From Bugula neritina (lineage: Eukaryota; Animalia; Bryozoa), in contig OZ037766.1 in assembly GCA_964035545.1 (NCBI GenBank), forward strand, positions 2,666,001-2,730,000: DNA of 64,000 bases, read 5' to 3'. The stretch's first letter is position 1; every line of letters starts with the position of its first letter. Made by a program: the position numbers and the translations under genes. Shown piece by piece: positions 13,001-25,600 of this stretch. The notes beneath the pieces are model-generated. The model had not been told where the DNA came from, made no database searches, and saw only the letters and a list, made by a program, of their open reading frames with translations.

Positions 13001-16000
13001 GGCGCTGTTACGTCACATTTCCCAGCTCATTTCAAAATCGGCGTTTTGGCTGTTACCAATCTATACCCTCAACTTCAACTAACTTTTTCTACCTTTGGTC
13101 AAATGCTTTTTGTCAATGCATGCTTAGAAAAACACAATATTATGTGTGTTTGACCTAAATGGCCATTTATTAGACAAGATAGAGCAATCCTTTAACACAG
13201 GATATATTCTGTGTTTCTGACGTTTTATATACTAGTATCAGTTTTTATGAAAGGAACTGTAAATATGTTTGATTTCTGTTGAAAAATGCCGAGTTTCAGC
13301 ATTTCATTTAATATTGCAATAGTGGTGGTGGCTTGCTCCAGTCTTTTTTTCAGAAATTCTCCTTGCCAGTGGATATAGAAGAAGACATATTTATAGAAAC
13401 ATTCCATTTATAGGATTATGTTATATTTATAGAAACATCCAGGTTTTTGTGCAGAGGGTTAGTGACATACTAGACACTCCAGCCAAGATGACACTCTGGA
13501 GTTTTGTTCTCCCTCTTCTGTCATCGTCTCACAAAGCCTATGTATTGGAGAGTGTTGCGTTACCAGACAGTATTACTTCTCCTAATGGGCACAGTAGCAC
13601 AATTGTTACAACAGAGAGCAGACAAACCCTAGAAGGTATGATACTTATGTTTATTAGTCTATAAGTCATATGCTTATTAGTCTATTAGTTGAATATATGC
13701 TTATTGGCAACCATGTTGCTTATTGAGTAAATTTTTCAACTGTTATATTTTACTTCAACTCGTAAAAAGTCGGCTATAGCTGTAAATAAGCTAACAGTAT
13801 AAGAGGTTCCCCATGATACTAGCACTACTATTCACACTGAGAGTCACATAGAACTGCAGCTAACCATCTGCATGTTTCAGTGAGTGGGTCGACGGATCTG
13901 AATACTATTGTTAGCCAAAGTTCTGAACGTCCCGAGACGATGACGTCGTTCAAGAGCCAACTCGAATATCTACTCACTTCACAGGAGCGAAAGGCAGTGA
14001 AACAAGCGTTGATACACTATAAACAGACAAAGTAGGTTATGTGTACAGTACCTGTAGAATAATACAACGTTCATCTCGTAATAATAGTGTTATATATTAC
14101 ATATATAGTATAAAAATTCACTAAGCATTAAATTGAGCATTAAACCTGTTTCCCAAAACGTAAAGATAACCTTAATGTTACAATTGAATTGTAGAGCTAA
14201 ACTTGGATTTTTCTTCCATTTTTCAATCCTATTTGTATTCAAATATTTATATTACAATAAATGTTTTACTAGTAATAATTCAGAGTTATGCACTCTTGGT
14301 AACTTTGAACCCCATATTGACTATATCATCATTTCCTTCCAATCAAAAAGTGTATAAGCACATGTTGGTGTTTATTTTTAATTTGACAGGAAGTTTCGCG
14401 TGTGTTTTGTTGTTTAGTGTATAGAGATCTAGTAAAGGCTATAAGCATACATGTGTGTATGTGCATCTAGCGTAGAGATGTGCTGTAGTGGTTATAATGC
14501 ATCCTCATAGCTGTTAGACAAGTAACAATGAATACACTCTACATTTCTTAGAAATGTGGAGACACTCCTAGCTGACCTGTCTAGGATACTGGATACCAAC
14601 TCTAAGAAGTCACTCTGGATACACATTCTCTCTCTGCTCCCCTCTGCTCACCAGAACTACATTAGGAGGAAGATTAATCTCCCCTCAGGCTATGTTAGAG
14701 GTCTCATTCTACTTCTCTTTGTTATATTATTTTATAATGTGTTTGCTTTAAATTATTTCACGTTTATTTAAAGAATGCTGATTTGGCCACCTAATGTTAT
14801 TATGTATATAGTAATATGCTATTTGGTAATTTAGTGATAATATTAAAATATGTTAGCATCACTGTATCAGTTCGATAGAAGACAACGTCATATCTTTCTC
14901 ATAGATAATGTAGATGGAGAGGGAGCCCCTGCTTCTGGTAGATCACCAACATCTGAAGAGTCTCCTCGTTCACGGAGAAACCGGATCCTTCTTCAGTCAG
15001 ATGATGAGTTCTTTGTGGGTGAGTCAGTCAGTCATAGTAAGAGTGAGTAGTGAGTCATAGTAAGAGTGAGTAGTGAATCATAGTGAGAGTCATATTAAGA
15101 GTGAGGCATAGTAAGAGTGAGTAGTGAGTCATAGTGAGAGTGAGTAGTGAATCATAGTGAGAGTTATAGTAAGAGTGAGTAGTGAATCATAGTGAGAGTG
15201 AGTAGTGAGTCATAGTAAGAGCGAGTAGTGAGTCATAGTGAGAGTGAGTAGTGAGTCATAGTAAGAGTGAGAAGTGAATCATAGTGAAAGTGAGTAGTGA
15301 GTCATAGTGAGAGTGAGGAGTGAGTCATAGTAAGAGTGAGGAGTGAGTCATAGTGAAAGTGAGTAGTGAGTCATAGTAAGATTTATAGTGAGTAGTGAGT
15401 TAAACGATACCCCTATTGAAATTTTGTTTCCTTTTCAAATCATGGAAGCCGCTTTGATTGCGGTTAAACAATATTTCTCTAAGGTGTCCACATGTAATAC
15501 CAATCCAACATACTTATACATCTCTCTCCCAACAGTTGGCCACCACCATGCTGAGGCTAGCAGATCTGGTAGTGTGGAAATGCTAAAGTTCACCCCAAGA
15601 AGAAGTTACGACCAGCACGCAGCTGCGAGTGAGAACTCAACTGATTTGCGATACACACCGGGAGCCAAGCATTTCATGCAAAACCCTTTATACGGTATGT
15701 CTTCAGAGGAAAATCATAACCAGTTTTATTTTAACGCTGCTGATAATGAATAGAAAGTGACAATTTACTCAGACAATAGTTTGATGATGTATGTAGGTTA
15801 TACTTATATTGTTTTGTGTTTTTGTTGTGCAACTTTGTTATATATGTGGCACTGTAGGTTGTACTTGTAAGCTGGAAACTATTTGTATGAGAAATACACC
15901 ATCATGGTCTTTTGTGAATTGGCTTTTCATCTTTTGTTGATACAGTTTTTGAACTTCTCTTGTGCAAATATATAGTAGATTTATTACACATATGTTGTGT

Positions 16001-19000
16001 TTATAGTTAATTTTATAATATTTTTTCCTATTATTTATCACTAAGTTGAATTTTTTCACGGAGTTTTATTTCTCTGACTTTTCAATATGTATGATTTTTA
16101 ACGCTCTATTTTTAGGTAATATGAAAATTAAACTTAAAGTTGCTGAAAAATAAAGGTTTTTGACACTTTTTGTATATGCAACCCTGTGAAATGTTTAAAT
16201 TGTATGCTTTCCTTAGACAGTAATTACTTTGTTTTTATTATATTAAATACTAACACCATGTCGAGGGCTCCTCGGTCAATTCAGGTATGCATATCGTCCT
16301 GCGTGTTCACGCTTTTAAATTTCTATTTTTTATACAATGTTGCTCTAGTATGGTTTGATTAGTCTCCAATACCTATTCTATACTCTTCAACAGTTTCACA
16401 GAGTTGCATTACATACGGCGCTTTTAACACTCCACACATGCACAATGCTGCAAGGATGGAAACTATATATGCATGCTACTTCATTTTACGGAATAATTTA
16501 CTGTAGCATTCACTAGAAAACAGTTGTTGGAAAGTTCCACCCTTGTTATAAAATAAATGTTTAGTTTTTTTAATAATATGCTTTTTCATGTTTATCAGCA
16601 TTGATCTGTAGCCTTTCTATGTGTGATGCATTTTAACTCCTTTTCTTAGATATTTTTCTATTCATATGGTTGAATGTGGCATTTGGAATTGTATGCATTG
16701 CAAAGATTTGCAATTTTCAACAGTTTTCTTAGTGAATTTAGCTAAAACATGTGTTAAATTTACAGTTTTCTTTCTGTTTAGGTAAATACGACCCACTTTC
16801 GCTGTCAAGGGAAGCAGAATACCCCCAAAATGGTGTCATACCGGACCTGGGCATTTCTGCGTATGATGCCGTTACATTACCTAATGATAAGACAGGCAGT
16901 TATAAAAGAGGGCGTGCCAACACTGCTTTTATGGCCAGTAACCTGTCAGCAGCCAGTATCCAACAGTGTAACAGCCAATCAGCAACTGGTACCCAACAAT
17001 ATACTAGCCAATTAGAAGTCCACACTCATAAACACAACAATGGCTATGCCCATGAGAAACATGCTAATGGTCACAGAGAGGTACAGGATATGTGTTACCA
17101 TGACGACGATAACTTTGAGAGTACAGAGAGCTCATCTGGAAGCTCCTTGGTTCATATAATACCTGAGTAAGTTACATAATACCAGAGTAAGTTACATAAT
17201 ACCTGAGTAAGTTACATAATACCTGAGTAAGTTACATAATACCAGAGTAAGTTACATAATACCAGAGTAAGTTACATAATACTAGAGTAAGTTACATAAT
17301 ACCTGAGTAAGTTACATAATACCAGAGTAAGTTGCATAATACCAGAGTAAGTTACATAATACCTGAGTAAGTTACATAATACCTGAGTAAGTTACATAAT
17401 ACAAGAGTAAGTTACATATTATCAGAGTAAGTTACATAATACCAGAGTAAGTTGCATAATACCAGAGTAAGTTACATAATACCAGAGTAAGTTACATAAT
17501 ACCTGAGTAAGTTACATAATACCTGAGTAAGTTACATAATACAAGAGTAAGTTACATATTATCAGAGTAAGTTACATAATACCAGAGTAAGTTGCATAAT
17601 ACCAGAGTAAGTTACATAATACCAGAGTAAGTTACATAAATTTTTAAGACATCTACGGTGAAATTTTTTATTTGGTGAGAATATTCAGCCACCATCTCTG
17701 AAATCTCACCACGTATCTGGGCACAAGAAACAGAAAACTCTATTGAGACCAGCTCTGGTTGGTAATAATTTCACCATAAGTAACCTCATAGCAAGCTCTT
17801 TGTCTTCCAGACCAGACACAGATCGTTCCTACGACAGGAGAGTGTCTCAGGCCCTCCAGTCTATTGATGACGCGGTGGCAGGATACAGCGGAGGTGAAAC
17901 TCAGAGATCAGAGCTTGACCAGCCCTCTGGTGGAGCCCCGTTTATGTCACCTCCCCCACCTCCGCCACCTCCCCCGCCTCCTGCTAGTAGGTTATTTCTA
18001 GATTGAAGGCTATTCAACTTTAGAACCAGGGTGACATGTTTTGATAAAATTGACAAACTTGAATTATTTTTTATGCTATTCTCACGTTTTATCTGCATGA
18101 AGATACAAAAAACTGATGTTGATAAAGCCAGAAATCTTGTCACTTAGCAATCTTGAGAGTCTCTATCTATGACACCCTAAACCAACCACAGCTTTGTCCT
18201 TGAGGTGAAGTAGCTACACTGTATTTATGTTTCTGTAGTTCCCGTACCTCCTCCACTTCCGCCATCATTTCTACCACCTCCTGACCGCTCGGCCTCTCTG
18301 CAAGTGAAACGCTTGAATTGGGAAACTCACAATCCCGATGAGATTGACAAGACGGTGTGGGGTCAGTGGAAGACAACGGACCAGCTGGACATCGAGGTTA
18401 TGGTAGAGTATTTGGAGTTGCCTCAACAATTCTCTACCGTGAAGAAGGCTTCACCAGGTGAGTTGAGATGCTTCAAATTGCCAATTCATCCTCCATTCAA
18501 CATTAAACAGTTTTCACTTCTTGAAAGAACTAACTAGAAGCTATTGTATAGATGAAGATGGTAGTTGTGTGATACAGTTATGTTAAATATGGGCTGCATT
18601 TTTTGGAAGACAAATTAGTTTTCTGTGTGTTAGTTGCAATTTTATTAAAATACTGCATAAGAAGTTGTCTGCTCTTAGTCTAAAGCTGAACCATGCCTTA
18701 TCATGTGCAGCAGATACCAGCTCAATATTTCGTAATAATATGGACAACATTTGGAATCTTTCAGCAACGTTTTTAGTTATTCATTTGAATTCCAGTTGGC
18801 TGTAGCGTTAGCTAGTATTTCATATAGTTTATACATAAATAGGGCAGCCTTGGGACAATAAAAGGTTTAGCTTCAACTGTGGCTCTGTTTAAAAATTAGT
18901 TTTATTTTTCTTTTAAATTTGATTTAATTTTCATTTTTTGACTATGCTATTTATGTTAAGTTCCTTATATGTGTTGAAATAGCCTGCATATAGTTGGTTG

Positions 19001-21926
19001 CAGCTACAGGTGTACATACCAAGGGTAAGGCTCCTTGAACTAATATTGTGCGTTTCAGCTAAGCAGGAAAAAGCTGTGAGAAGAAAAATCTTACACGATA
19101 AGAAGGCCTTTAACACGTCCATAGTCCTGGCGTCTGTGAATATCCCCAACGTGAGTAGTAGTCAGGAGAGAGACGAGTTTATAGAGAAAGCGTTACTCAA
19201 CGTGGACATACAGACAGACGGAGGGCCCGAGGGAATCATAACTCCTCATCTACTAGAGCAGCTTTTACAGTATGCTCCAGATCAAGATGAAGTAAGAATG
19301 ACATGAAATGTTATGAGCAACTTTGATAGTGTAGATATTACCTGTGTACACAGCAAGTTTTAGTCCAGTGCTTGGGTTGACCATACCACACATGAGGGTC
19401 AACACAAAGCTCTTGTTATAACAAGTCAACACATGTATGGATATCTGTTTCTAAACATATATTTTGTATAAATACATTGAGTATAGATCAGGTTTGTCAG
19501 CAGCAGCTAAAGTAGTATAACTCCAATATCATGTCTGTTCATGCAGTAAAAATGTGTCTCTAGAATCCTCAGGTATTCAACATTTTAACAAACTTTACTA
19601 GCCATTTTCTTCAAGGTTAGATTACAAATTGTTTTAATAATTGAGGGTTATGCATGGCCATACACCCATACATAACCTCCCACAACTATAAACACACAAC
19701 ACAGCTTATAAATGTTACGTGTATAATGTTTTTACCATGAGTTATAGTCTTATACACTGTCTACTGTAATCTGTGTAGATTGCCCTCTACATGAATTATG
19801 ACGGTGACTTGAGTAACCTAAACGAAGTAGATCGGTTCTGTCACAGAATGGTTAGGATTCCAGGCTACCTGGATAGACTGAGGTCTATGCTTTTTAAAAC
19901 CACATTCGATGAGAAATGCGCTGAAGTAGAAAAGGTAGAACATATAATTTCTCACAGATTTTGAATCCTTGTTATATTTTATAACTTCACCAAAGATATT
20001 ATATTTGATGACTTGTGACTTGCAAAGTATGTATATTTTTTCATATAACATCACACAATGCCAGAAGTCCTTCTCTATTAAACTAAGACACACATTGCTG
20101 TAGAGTCTGGTGGTGATAAAGGAGGCATCTGAACAGATTATCCAGAGTAGGGCGTTTGCAAAGATACTAGAGTTGGTGTTGGCTATGGGCAATCAGCTGA
20201 ATAAAGCCAGCGACAAGCCTACAGCCTCTGCCTTCAAGGTCGCTTCTCTCAATCAGGTGAAGTTCTTTAGTCTTTTGACAGGCTTTACACCACTTACTGG
20301 TAGTCAGAGTTTTTATAGCGGTACAAAAAATGGTTGAAGCTGAAAAACTTTCATTGGATTTTGGTTTTTACTGGAAATGGCGTACTTTTTGAAATAGTAA
20401 ATAAATCAGGGATAGAAAATTTATACTGTACAGTGTACAGCTTTGAGAAATAATAAATATAACAGAATATCCCTATGATGATCTAACTACTTTGGTGACA
20501 TGTTTAAGTTTTTACCTAGTTGGAACAAATGCAAAGCTATTATACTTTACAAGTTGCTTGGGGTTGATATATTCAATTCTAAACAACATCTTGCCACAAC
20601 CTTATCACTTGGAACCATTACAGCTGGACTCAACTAAGACAATGGACAAGAAGAAGAGTTTCCTAGACGTGTTGGTGCAAGCTGTTCATGAGAAATTTCC
20701 TCATCTCCTCTCTACTTCAGCTGAACTAAGCCAAGTGTCCTCAGCAGAACGTAGTAAGTGATTATAGGAAACCATCCTTCACCTTAGACTGCACCGCAGT
20801 ATAAGTATAAAAATAGGCTGTAAAAAGTGTTTATACTTTAATAATTTGGCAATTTTGTTAGAAATAAAACTGTGTCGATTAAACTTTACATCACAAAGCG
20901 TGTTACAGATGAAAATCTGTGAAATTAAATTATGTTGGTTGTAATTATTCAAATTTGCTACGAAACCATTGTTAAATAGAATTTTTTCAATAGTGTCGAT
21001 TTATTTATTGTATTTATGTCTTTAGTTCATTATCAAGATATTGGAAAAGAAATTACTGAACTTCAGCTAGTGCTAAAGGTTAGTAACTTTGGTGGATTTA
21101 GTTAGTGGAAAGACAACTTTACATAGTTTGACATTTTCTCTGCTGTCAAAAGTGTGATTCCCTGCCCATAGAAAAATGCTGAGTTAAAATATTGAATAAA
21201 ATGCTTAGATGTTTTAAAACAGTTTCATGTTGCAGAAAACGCTGTTTAGAGCTGGATGTAATAAAAATCTTATGTTACTAGTTTGCTGTGAGTTTAAAGT
21301 GTGCTAAATAAAACTGGTGTTGGTTTATGGTCGCTATCCCTGTAAGAATCCCTGACGAAAAGTGCATGAGCTAAGTACAGCACATTTTCTATTATATAGC
21401 AAAGAAGTGATTATAACTGAATGCTCCTTCTTACATCACCAATGACCTTAACCAGGATTTGAACCACTTAGTATCACTATGCCAGTGATCTAACCACTGT
21501 AGACCGTGGCTGCTCTCCTTAAAGTATGCTAAATACTGTTGAAATATTGTATCAATAAAGTAATAATTTAATTTGCAGAGAATAAGTGAGACAATGGATC
21601 AGCTGTCGGCTGACGCTAAGCACTACGCAGCAGAAGACAGTTTCCAGGAGGTGATGGAGCACTTCGTCTGCTCTGCTGAAGATGCCATGCAACATCTGAA
21701 ACGTCTGCAAAGTGACACTGAAGAGCAGGTGTCCCGGATGCTAGTCTACTTGGGAGAGAAAGCCAAGAGTACTGATAGTAAAACTATATTCTCTACAATC
21801 AGCACTTTCCTGGCCAAGTTTGACAACTCCCACAGGTTGTACGTACGCAAGATAGAAGCGGACTTGCTTTCTCCCCGCTCTCCTGGCAGCGATGTTAGTC
21901 AGTTTATTGGTGGACTTTCTTCCTAA
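4095..21926 (+). CDS. GRID2IP: Delphilin-type formin (PDZ, harmonin-homology, FH1, FH2 domains)
   Basis: 22 in-frame exons: 4095-4470, 5943-6145, 6870-7024, 7316-7483, 7778-7948, 8546-8664 (or 8790), 9320-9489, 9980-10050, 13433-13635, 13881-14031, 14552-14700, 14905-15018, 15536-15694, 16782-17166, 17811-17986, 18239-18457, 19059-19291, 19779-19934, 20104-20256, 20624-20753, 21025-21078, 21579-21926. N-terminal WPERHGFSIGGRGPSYVL PDZ resembles L-delphilin; poly-Pro FH1; FH2 motifs VKRLNWE..TVW, NTSIVL, LELVLAMGNQLN..AFK..L..TK. Confidence 0.92.
10310..13195. mobile_element. Kolobok-like non-autonomous DNA transposon in Delphilin intron 8
   Basis: Perfect 20-bp inverted repeat TTAAAGGATTGCTCTATCTT (10310-10329) / AAGATAGAGCAATCCTTTAA (13176-13195); TTAA TSD with AGG termini is the Kolobok/T2-MITE pattern; no intact transposase ORF. 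Confidence 0.7.
10349..12465. mobile_element. Second TIR element nested inside the Kolobok-like element
   Basis: 17-bp inverted repeat ATAATAGACCCTTTTCA (10349-10365) / TGAAAAGGGTCTATTAT (12449-12465), plus inner AATGTCCC / GGGACATT; superfamily and TSD not resolved. Confidence 0.55.
15019..15400 (+). repeat. 23-bp minisatellite starting at the Delphilin exon 12 donor
   Basis: ~16 units of GTGAGTAGTGAGTCATAGT(A/G)AGA beginning at intron position +1. Confidence 0.92.
17156..17639 (+). repeat. 20-bp minisatellite spanning the Delphilin exon 14/intron 14 junction
   Basis: 24 copies of ATAATACC(T/A)GA|GTAAGTTAC; the first copy is the exon end plus donor. Confidence 0.97.
21310..21513 (-). mobile_element. 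Decayed tRNA-derived SINE in Delphilin intron 21
   Basis: Minus strand: GCAGCCACGGTCTACAGTGGTTAG (A-box-like) ... GGTTCAAATCCTGG (B-box), followed by TTGGTGATGTAAGAAGGAGCATTCAGT; no cloverleaf; 3' end uncertain. Confidence 0.55.
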
Positions 21927-22633
21927 CAACCTAGCAATGGTGTCTAGCAGCCCTCAAACTCCAGTTTAGATCTCATTCTATGAAATGAACTTGTTTAGCT
22001 CACTTTTATTTGTTTTTTTGTATTAGTTTGCTCAAGTTTTATTTTGCATTTCTTAAAATGTATTTAACTTTCCACTTGGTGTGAAGCCATTTATATATCA
22101 ACGTATATTTCTATTTCGGTTTATTTTTATATTATAGTTTAGAATTCAATCTCTTATGAATGCACAAGCAATATTGGACATCAAGTTATCAGTTATAGCA
22201 TAATTCTGCACAGTATATAGTTTTATACCTTCTACACAATCTCTATGCATCACTTTATTCTGTATATTTGCTGAGTTTCTAGTCCTGCCTTATCAAATTA
22301 TTTATATAGAATATTTTTGCTATTTTGGTGTTGCAATAACTACTTCATATATGTGTGTTATGTGATAAATATTATACATAATTTTTTTTCTTTAGTATAA
22401 CATTTATCACATTTTAAATTATAAACTATTAGCAATAGATATATTTCAAAGGTAACACATTTCCATTTATTTTTCAAAAAATCCAGCGGGCAACAATAAT
22501 CACTAGAAAAATAGCCTAGGAAATCCTAAAAAGTCTGTTAAATATAAATGCCAGCAGGGAGATCTAGCAGTAACCCAGGCTTAACAGAGTCCAACGAGAT
22601 GGTGGGAGAGGACGAGGGTCTATGTAGTCTTAT

Positions 22634-25600
22634 TCACAACTTCCCAGCTGCCTTCATTGCCTACAATAACACATAACATGTACAACAAAGAGGAACAGGT
22701 ACACTGGATGGGAAAACTTTCAAAAAATATCAAATTAGATCAATAGTGTTTGAAATGATTACAAAGCATTTCAAGAGCTTCCAGCTTTCTTCAATACCAA
22801 GGCCATAAAAACGGAAATGGTCACAATTTCCAAAGACTATATACAAAAGTTATTGAATGCTTAAGGTAACCTTGTACATGCTGAATGTCAATATATTCTG
22901 ATTTACACACATAACTTCAACTGACAATAATGAAAACTCATATTGATAGGTATTGCATAGCATTGATGGATATTATATACCATTGATAGGTATTGTATAC
23001 CACTTTCACTCACTTCAACCATGGTTGTTCCCATCTCTGCCGGGTTCATTGTGACATGCACATTTGCATGCTCCAATGCCTTAATTTTTTCAGTAGCTCC
23101 TCCTTTTCCGCCGGCAATGATAGCGCCAGCATGGCCCATACGTCTGCCAGGTGGGGCAGTTAGACCAGCTATAAAGGCAGCAACTGGCTTGGCATCAGGT
23201 CCCTGAGGATACAGCAGGTTAGAGAGTAATACTAACATGGAGAGACACACAATAGCTGACTAATATAAAAAACAAACCCACAATGTTGTTACAGCTCAGT
23301 GAGGAATCCTACATTTAAAATGGATATTAAAGACATTAAACTCTGCTGATAGAGCTATGCCCACATAATTTTAGTGAACATGAAATGCCCCCAATGGAAC
23401 TGTGTGACAGCACTTACAGAGTTGTGAGCTACCAGGTATTCTGCTGCCCTCTCCTCTGCCTGTCCACCAATCTCTCCAATTAACACAATACCTGAAACAC
23501 CACGTCACGCTACAGTCACAACATTACCAATAGTATTGCTAGAGAGACTGATAGCATGCAGGTATGCTTAAAATGTATATTATAGTAATTTGGGTTCATT
23601 TGAAGATACAGAAATATGATATAAACAATCAAACATCCGAATGCTCCCAATCTGAACAGCTAAAAACCTGCTGAATTCAGCCAAGTTACTCAACTCCAGA
23701 TAACCGACTAAATTTAATTATGAACCAATCCAGCTCCAACACACGGTTGACATGTAACAGCTAGGTACCCTAACTATGGTCATAAGCTAGCAATGACTTT
23801 TGTTTTAATATTATATGAAGTGGTGCTTGTTTGTAATTTATCTTACCTTCTGTTTTTGGATCAGCTAAAAAGACTTCTAGACAGTCTATGAAGTTGGTTC
23901 CATTGAAAGGATCGCCACCGATTCCAACACACAAAGTTTGTCCCAGTCCGGCATGCGTTGTCTGGTGGACTGCTTCATAGGTCAGAGTGCCTGAACGCGA
24001 CACAATACCAATTCTACCAGCTTGATGGATATGTCCAGGCATAATACCAATCTTACATTCTCCTGGCTGTATAAATATCATAACACGGTTATACCTACAA
24101 TTCAATTACTGGCAGATCTTAGGTTTCATGAGTATTATTAACAACACCTACCCTGATGATTCCGGGACAGTTGGGGCCTATTAGTCTAGTTTTATTCTGT
24201 CTCAAGAGTTTATGTTTCACCCTCACCATATCCTGCTGAGGTATGCCTTCCGTTATGGCAACAACTAAACCTATTTCTGCGTCTATAGCTTCTACTATAG
24301 CCGCTGCAGCAAACTTTGGCGGCACATATATCACAGATGCATCGCAGTTTGTGGCATCTTTGGCCTAAAACAACATTCCCCATACATGTACATTACATTC
24401 ACTGCTCACGAAATTTGTTAGCTGATGGAGAATTTAGCTCAACAAACACAGGTCACAGTAGTGTAGTCCAATGACTACTAAGAATAAGATACTAGATGCA
24501 CATTTGTCAAAGAGCTGAAGAGTTGAGAAAAACTGTAAATAAAATTGGCAAAAATTCTTCATGTGCAGTTTCATGTATATGTGCACTCTAATTGAAAAAT
24601 AAAGGGTAAATTGATTTGCATGCATTATTACACAATACCCAAGGGAAAGTAACTCTCTTGAGCAACACAAGATATTTATTTCAAGTAGATGTGTGCTCTG
24701 TGCCATACTCTCTATATATTATAATATTTATAGCCTGAGTTCTAGTACTAAACACGAGTTTTGGGGGTCATTTCACACCCACCATATTTATGCAAAACTA
24801 GACATGCAAATTACTCAGAAGGCCACAAAAATTCTTCCCTTCATGAAAGCGAAGAGCTCACCTGTTGCACCGTGTCATATACAGGAAGACCTAAATGTGA
24901 GGAGCCACCTTTGCCTGGAGTCGTACCCCCCACCATATTAGTGCCATACTCAATTGCTTGCTCGCTGTGAAAAGTTCCCTGTTTTCCCGTGAAACCCTGG
25001 CATATCACTTTTGTATTTTTATTAATATTCAGATTAGGTCTGGTTTCTGTGTATATACTCCGCAAACATGACCGAAAAGGTTGCCCTAAAAGAAATATTG
25101 ATCTGGTTTAAAAAGATTCTTAGTCAAAGAAATTTGAGTTTGCTCATCATCACAATCCACGTGATGATTGGAGAATAAGTATTTTATATGAATTATGAAT
25201 GTTGATGCCTTGAACTATGCTGATAACATGGATACTTGATAGCTTTCAACATAATTATAAATATAAGACATCAATTTCAAAGCGATTACAACCAGTACAA
25301 CATGCATTGACATCATCAATCACCCAGCTGAGGTTTGACCCTTCAACTTATAGTTAATAACTTATAGTTATTATCATTATGTTTGCAAAGCATACACCTC
25401 CAAGAGTAAGAGTAACTGTAAGTCTAACCTGTAACCACCAGAACAGAGTGTTACATCCTAGCTTTCAGTAATTATAGATATACATATAAAATTAAAGTTA
25501 TACCAAATAGTTATAGTAATACTAATACTAATAGTAATAATAATTAAGTAATACTAATAGTAATAGTAATACGGTAAATGTAAGTAATACTAATATTTCT

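Noticed and set aside
16255-16290. Candidate Delphilin microexon or alternative first exon (ATG..CAG|GTATGC)
   Set aside because: Its phase does not fit the phase-1 acceptor at 16782, and no suitable upstream acceptor was found.
17161-17640. CRISPR-like or telomeric appearance of the regular arrays
   Set aside because: Head-to-tail units with no unique spacers, no cas genes, no TTAGG(G) unit; the context is a eukaryotic intron.
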